DNA of 64,000 nucleotides, taken from NCBI GenBank assembly GCA_964036045.1, contig OZ038379.1:2356001-2420000 (forward strand). Reading direction: 5' to 3'. Position 1 is the stretch's first letter. Every line of letters begins with the position of its first letter. The notes below the pieces were generated by a model that did no database searches, had not been told where the DNA came from, and saw only the letters and a list, made by a program, of their open reading frames with translations. Positions 59,801 to 64,000 of the stretch are shown piece by piece. The DNA comes from Eutreptiella sp. 'Long Island Sound 2002'. Its lineage: Eukaryota; Protista; Euglenida. Both the position numbers and the translations under genes were made by a program.

Positions 59801-61352
59801 CTGTTGCTTTGAGGGACCAACTAGCACCCGAAACTAGCAAGGCACCATCTACAACAACCATGTGGGTTGGTTGAGCTCATAACCCGCGAGCAGCCACGCA
59901 TCTCCATGAGGCACGGAGGAAATACTGGAAGCTCCCCCATCAGGGGATGCCCGTGTCCAGGTTCCAAGTACGGTTACACACAAAAGCAAAAGCAACAGAA
60001 GTACCCAACATGACACCCATACCAAAGGACACTGCGTGATCCGCCGCCCCCTGACGCCGTGTTCCATTTCGACTCTCACCATTGGGGCGGCTTGGAGCGG
60101 TCAGCTCGGGAGACGACCCTGCTCGATGGGTCTGTGCACGAGTATTGGTGGTTCTATGCGGTTGGAACCACTATTCCGTTCTTTGGGGGTATTCCTGGTC
60201 CATCCAAAAAGGTTGACAAAGTGGAGCTGTACGTTTGGGAAGGTACGTGTTGTTGGCACCGCGCGGAACCCCTGTTTTCTGGCGTCACCTGTTTGACCCT
60301 CATCCGTCAGTCGTCCTGTGCAGATCTGTTTCAGGCGTTGGGCTTTGGGATGTTGGGTGTGCGGGGCTTCCACTTGCCGAGCCTTCCAATCGTCTGTCTG
60401 GCAGTCTTGGTCTCAGCAGTCTGTGTTCGCCAGCGCGGCTCCTGATGCAACAGCCTTTGACCCTTCAGCCGCTGACCAACCTCCCATGACTCTTCACAGC
60501 CGCGGACACCGGTCAAAAGCACCGGAACGACCCCGGGACTGTCAACGGCCGTAACGCCCCGCGAGCTTTCACAACCCTCAACAATGCTTGACATCCCTCG
60601 ACAACCGTCAACACAACTACACAATCTCACGACCTCTGACGACCTTCTGCGACCGTCTACAGGGGGGGGGGAAAACTTCGCCAGGGGAGAATTTCGCGGG
60701 GAAAATTTCGCCGTTAAGAAAGGTGGCGAAATTTTCCCCTGGCGAAATTTTGGCGTAACAGTTCCATCCTTCACCACAGCTGCAGGCATTGTGTTTCGTG
60801 CGCAGGGCCAGGCGCAATTACGAACCTGCCTGTGCCAACCATTTGCTGCGCAGATGCATGAATCTGACAATCGGGTATCTGGTGTTGGAGCTGTCGGCTT
60901 CTTTTTCAAGGCATCAACAGTCCTGAATGGTGACGTAGGTTTACCTCTCTCTTCAGCCTCCTCAACACTGAAGGGGGGGAGGCAGGTAAATGACTGCAGG
61001 AGTGGGCGGAACATCATCAACACTTTCGGCTTCGGGTACAACATCCTTTTGACAGCATGATCATGATGAATGCTTGGATGCATAAACTGTTGCGGCAGGG
61101 AAGGGAACACATTCTGCACATTAGGATACTCATAAGTTCCCTTTTGCTCTGCAAAGTACTTCAGGGGCGTTTCGTCGAATGCCAGCCTAGTATCCAGAAG
61201 AAATATGTCGCATCCAAAGCACTTGATCCACGTGGCTGCAGTTTCCTCCGGTGTTAGTCGCAGTGTGCTACGTGCTTTTTGTCTTTCGGTGGCAGTGTGG
61301 ATGCAATCCTTTGTACCCCTTGCACGTGCTGTCTGTTTTTGACAGCTTTTCC

Positions 61353-61811
61353 ATGGACAAATTTGTCATCCGCAAAAGTGCATCCCAAAGTGCTGTGGAT
61401 GGTCTCGTTGACAATTTGAAGGAGTTTGCATCCACATTGCCACCGAAAGAAAAAAAGCGCAAAGGGTACAATTCAAAACCATGGGCAAACTGGGACCAAC
61501 AACAACGTGAGGATGCTGCATTACTTTATCTTCGTAAAAAGATGGACGGTTGCAAGCTCCAGTATGGTGCATCATGTCCCCCACGTAGCACACTACGAGA
61601 CTGGGCAGATAAGTATGCAATGCAAGGCAAAGTGAACCCCATGGGACGTCCACCGAAGCTAACACCGGAGGAAACTGCAGCCGTGGCGAAGTATTTCTCT
61701 GGAACGCGGTCTGAGGGTGCTGTCATTGACGCCGAGGCACTTCTTGTCATGGCAAAACACGTTTTGAAAACAGCGCGGGGGCTTAATTATGATACCTTCC
61801 ATCGTGGGTAA
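61353..61811 (+). CDS. pogo-like transposase N-terminus (psq-like HTH and CENP-B-type HTH), truncated
   Basis: MDKFVIRK...PPRSTLRDW...GRPPKLTPEETAAV...GAVIDAEALLVMAKHV. No DDE domain follows. Confidence 0.7.
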   Translation: MDKFVIRKSASQSAVDGLVDNLKEFASTLPPKEKKRKGYNSKPWANWDQQQREDAALLYLRKKMDGCKLQYGASCPPRSTLRDWADKYAMQGKVNPMGRPPKLTPEETAAVAKYFSGTRSEGAVIDAEALLVMAKHVLKTARGLNYDTFHRG

Positions 61812-61911
61812 AGGCTTCGTGGCGTAAGGCTTTGGATGTTGTACCCGAAGCCGAAAGTGTTGATGATGTTCCGCCCGCCCCTCCAGTCATTTACCTGCCC
61901 CCCCCCCTTCA

Positions 61912-62598
61912 GTGTTGCAGGATGATACATCTCAGGATGCCCCAGCGGAACAGCCTGAGGAGGCTGCCGAGAGAGTGGTTGTTCATGAGGCCTGGCTCCC
62001 CACTCAAAAGCGCAAACGTGCGCGCCAGCCTGAGGCTCGGGTGGCATTGGAGGAACGGGCGCGGAAACGAACAAAAGCTTCTCAGTCAGCCTCTGCTCCT
62101 GTTTCTGTCTCTAGTGGTGCGTCAGCATCACGCAGAAGTGACAGTGACAGTGACAGTGACAGTGACGGTGACAGTGATAGTCACAGTGACACTGATAGTG
62201 AGCGCACCAGTGGCAGTGGCAGTGGCAGTGACAGTGACAGTGACCCTCCTGCCACTGTCAACAAACCAAAGGCCACAGTTGATGCCCCGATTTTCGCTGC
62301 AACCAAGGCAGCTGCTGGTGCTGTTGTAAAACCCAAGGCTGATCTTGTGAATTTTTTGCAACAGCTTGGGTATTCACAGTATGCAGTGCCACTTGCAGCT
62401 GCTGGATTTGCATGCATGAAAGAGCTCACTCTTATTAATATGGCAGCACTTAAAAAATGTGGTGTCCTGGATGGCCATGCATTAAGGATTGTTGATGCCT
62501 TGAAAAAGAAGCCTGCACCTTCTGCACCAGTTACTGGATCGTCTGCACCAGATTTCATGAAGCTGCGCAAGAAACGGTTGGCTCAGGCGCGTTCGTAG
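61912..62598 (+). CDS. Acidic/Ser-rich region plus C-terminal SAM domain carried by the transposon
   Basis: LVNFLQQLGYSQYAVPLAAAGFACMKELTLINMAALKKCGVLDGHALRIVDALKK fits the sterile alpha motif pattern. It probably extends upstream to about 61793 across a poly-C slip. Confidence 0.7.
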   Translation: MLQDDTSQDAPAEQPEEAAERVVVHEAWLPTQKRKRARQPEARVALEERARKRTKASQSASAPVSVSSGASASRRSDSDSDSDSDGDSDSHSDTDSERTSGSGSGSDSDSDPPATVNKPKATVDAPIFAATKAAAGAVVKPKADLVNFLQQLGYSQYAVPLAAAGFACMKELTLINMAALKKCGVLDGHALRIVDALKKKPAPSAPVTGSSAPDFMKLRKKRLAQARS

Positions 62599-64000
62599 GC
62601 GCGCCTGGCTCCTCTTGGAAAACACAATTCTGGGACCATGTTGTGCCAGCCTGTTGCAGTTTTGGACCCCCTGTGTAGTGCATGTGTTGTTGTTTTGTGA
62701 CCATTGGAGACTGCTTCAGGCAGGGTTTGTTTGTGCATGAAAAACCAATCTCATCAGATTCACATCACTGTGGTTTGAACCAACGCCTGTGCCATCAGAA
62801 CCAAGTGCATGTACCACTGGAGTAATGACCAGATCTGGCATCTAGGTCCTCAAGGGGCATATAAAGACCGAGAGACAAAATTTTTTTTTTGAAAATCGAG
62901 AGACATTTTGCGAGACACATGCTTGCTTGGGGCTTTGGGGATTTCAAGGGTGGCGAAATTTTCCCCTGGCGAAATTTTCCCCTGCGAAATTGTCCCCGGG
63001 CGAAGTTTTCCCCCCCCCCTGTATGGCTTTTAACATCGCTCTGCAGCCCTGAGTGATCCCCCGTGGACCGCCATTCGGCTCATGCAGGGGCAAAAGTTGA
63101 GAGTCGCTGACTGTTCCTGACTGCTCTTGCGTGGTGGAAGTTGTTTGGGGTGGTTGGTGCGTTTTTGAGGATCCTCCAGGATTGCCGAGGCTTGAGCGGC
63201 CAGGACGGTTAGCGTTGTGCGGAGTTGTTGATGGTCACTGAGCGGTGGGGCAGGTTGGATAGGATTGTGCGGTGAAGGGATTGCTGGCGTGCTTTCTGCT
63301 GCACGAAAATGGGACCCCCTTTGACACCTCAAGTGCCACAATACTACCCCTCGGTAAAACTGACAAGTGGTTGCTTCTTCGGGCCAAATTGCCCAACAAC
63401 CGGCATAATGCCACAACGTTTGTTGTAAACAAGACAACCACCACCTTGTCAGAAATTGCAGACCCATTTCCTGGCTCAGCACCATCTACAGGTGCTAGCC
63501 ATGTATCTCTCACCTTCTGCTAAAATGCCACCGTCGTCTGACAGCAATTGCATCTTCGTGGTCCTTACCTTAGACCTAAGTGCCGTCTCAAGTCCCAGTC
63601 CAAGCTCCAGCACAAGCCCATCTCCAACTCCGAGTCCCAGTCCCAGTCCCAGCCCCGGTGTGTCTGCCATGTACAGTTCTGAACGGTCGCATGGCCTTGG
63701 CATGAGCCGCGCATTTGTCCGTAACGCCACTGTACGTGCAGGGGGTGGGGGCACTTGGGCAATTGCTGTTGCTTTGAGGGACCAACTAGCACCCGAAACT
63801 AGCAAGGCACCATCTACAACAACCATGTGGGTTGGTTGAGCTCGTAACCCGCGAGCAGCCACGCATCTCCATGAGGCACGGAGGAAATACTGGAAGCTCC
63901 CCCATCAGGGGATGCCCGTGTCCAGGTTCCAAGTACGGTTACACACAAAAGCAAAAGCAACAGAAGTACCCAACATGACACCCATACCAAAGGACACTGC

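Larger units (their letters stand above)
60660..63021 (+). mobile_element. pogo/Tc1-mariner-superfamily element, 2362 bp, internally deleted, with TA target-site duplication
   Basis: The empty site in the other units reads CCGTC-TA-TGGC. Here it reads CCGTC-TA-CAG(G)nAAAACTTCGCC...GGCGAAGTTTT(C)nTG-TA-TGGC. Subterminal GAAAATTTCGCC repeats lie at both ends. Confidence 0.92.
53625..64000. repeat. Tandem array of a 1612-bp unit (four complete copies plus a fifth split by a transposon); runs to the window end
   Basis: Unit starts at 53625, 55237, 56849, 58461 and 60063. The fourth unit is 1602 bp (10-bp deletion, shared with the fifth). Confidence 0.95.

Overview
Repeat-rich eukaryotic nuclear DNA with canonical GT-AG introns of 0.4-4 kb, roughly 30 G/C homopolymer runs of 10 nt or more, and many MITEs and pogo-type elements. 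A euglenid-like protist is my low-confidence guess. Three host genes can be rebuilt by hand. (1) Minus strand, 38114->24726, five exons, all introns phase 0: a class B flavin monooxygenase (FMO) runs in frame through a hydrophobic segment into a class A FAD-dependent aromatic hydroxylase; two frameshifts. (2) Minus strand, 42052->40169, intronless and compositionally distinct: a class A FAD hydroxylase fused to a chorismate-lyase-like domain; one in-frame TAG at codon 29. (3) Plus strand, 44845->53804 and probably beyond: a secreted GH30 endo-beta-1,6-galactanase-like enzyme followed by three 8-Cys modules and a fibrinogen/lectin-like domain, each on a symmetric phase-1 exon; one frameshift. 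Gene 3 carries a tRNA-Gly/Asp-like satellite (449/430 bp alternating units) in one intron. A 1612-bp tandem array starts inside its last visible exon and is interrupted by a TA-flanked pogo-like transposon encoding HTH and SAM domains. The first 24 kb is mostly transposon debris, microsatellites and a duplicated Cys-rich pseudo-exon. All family assignments come from motif recognition, not database searches.
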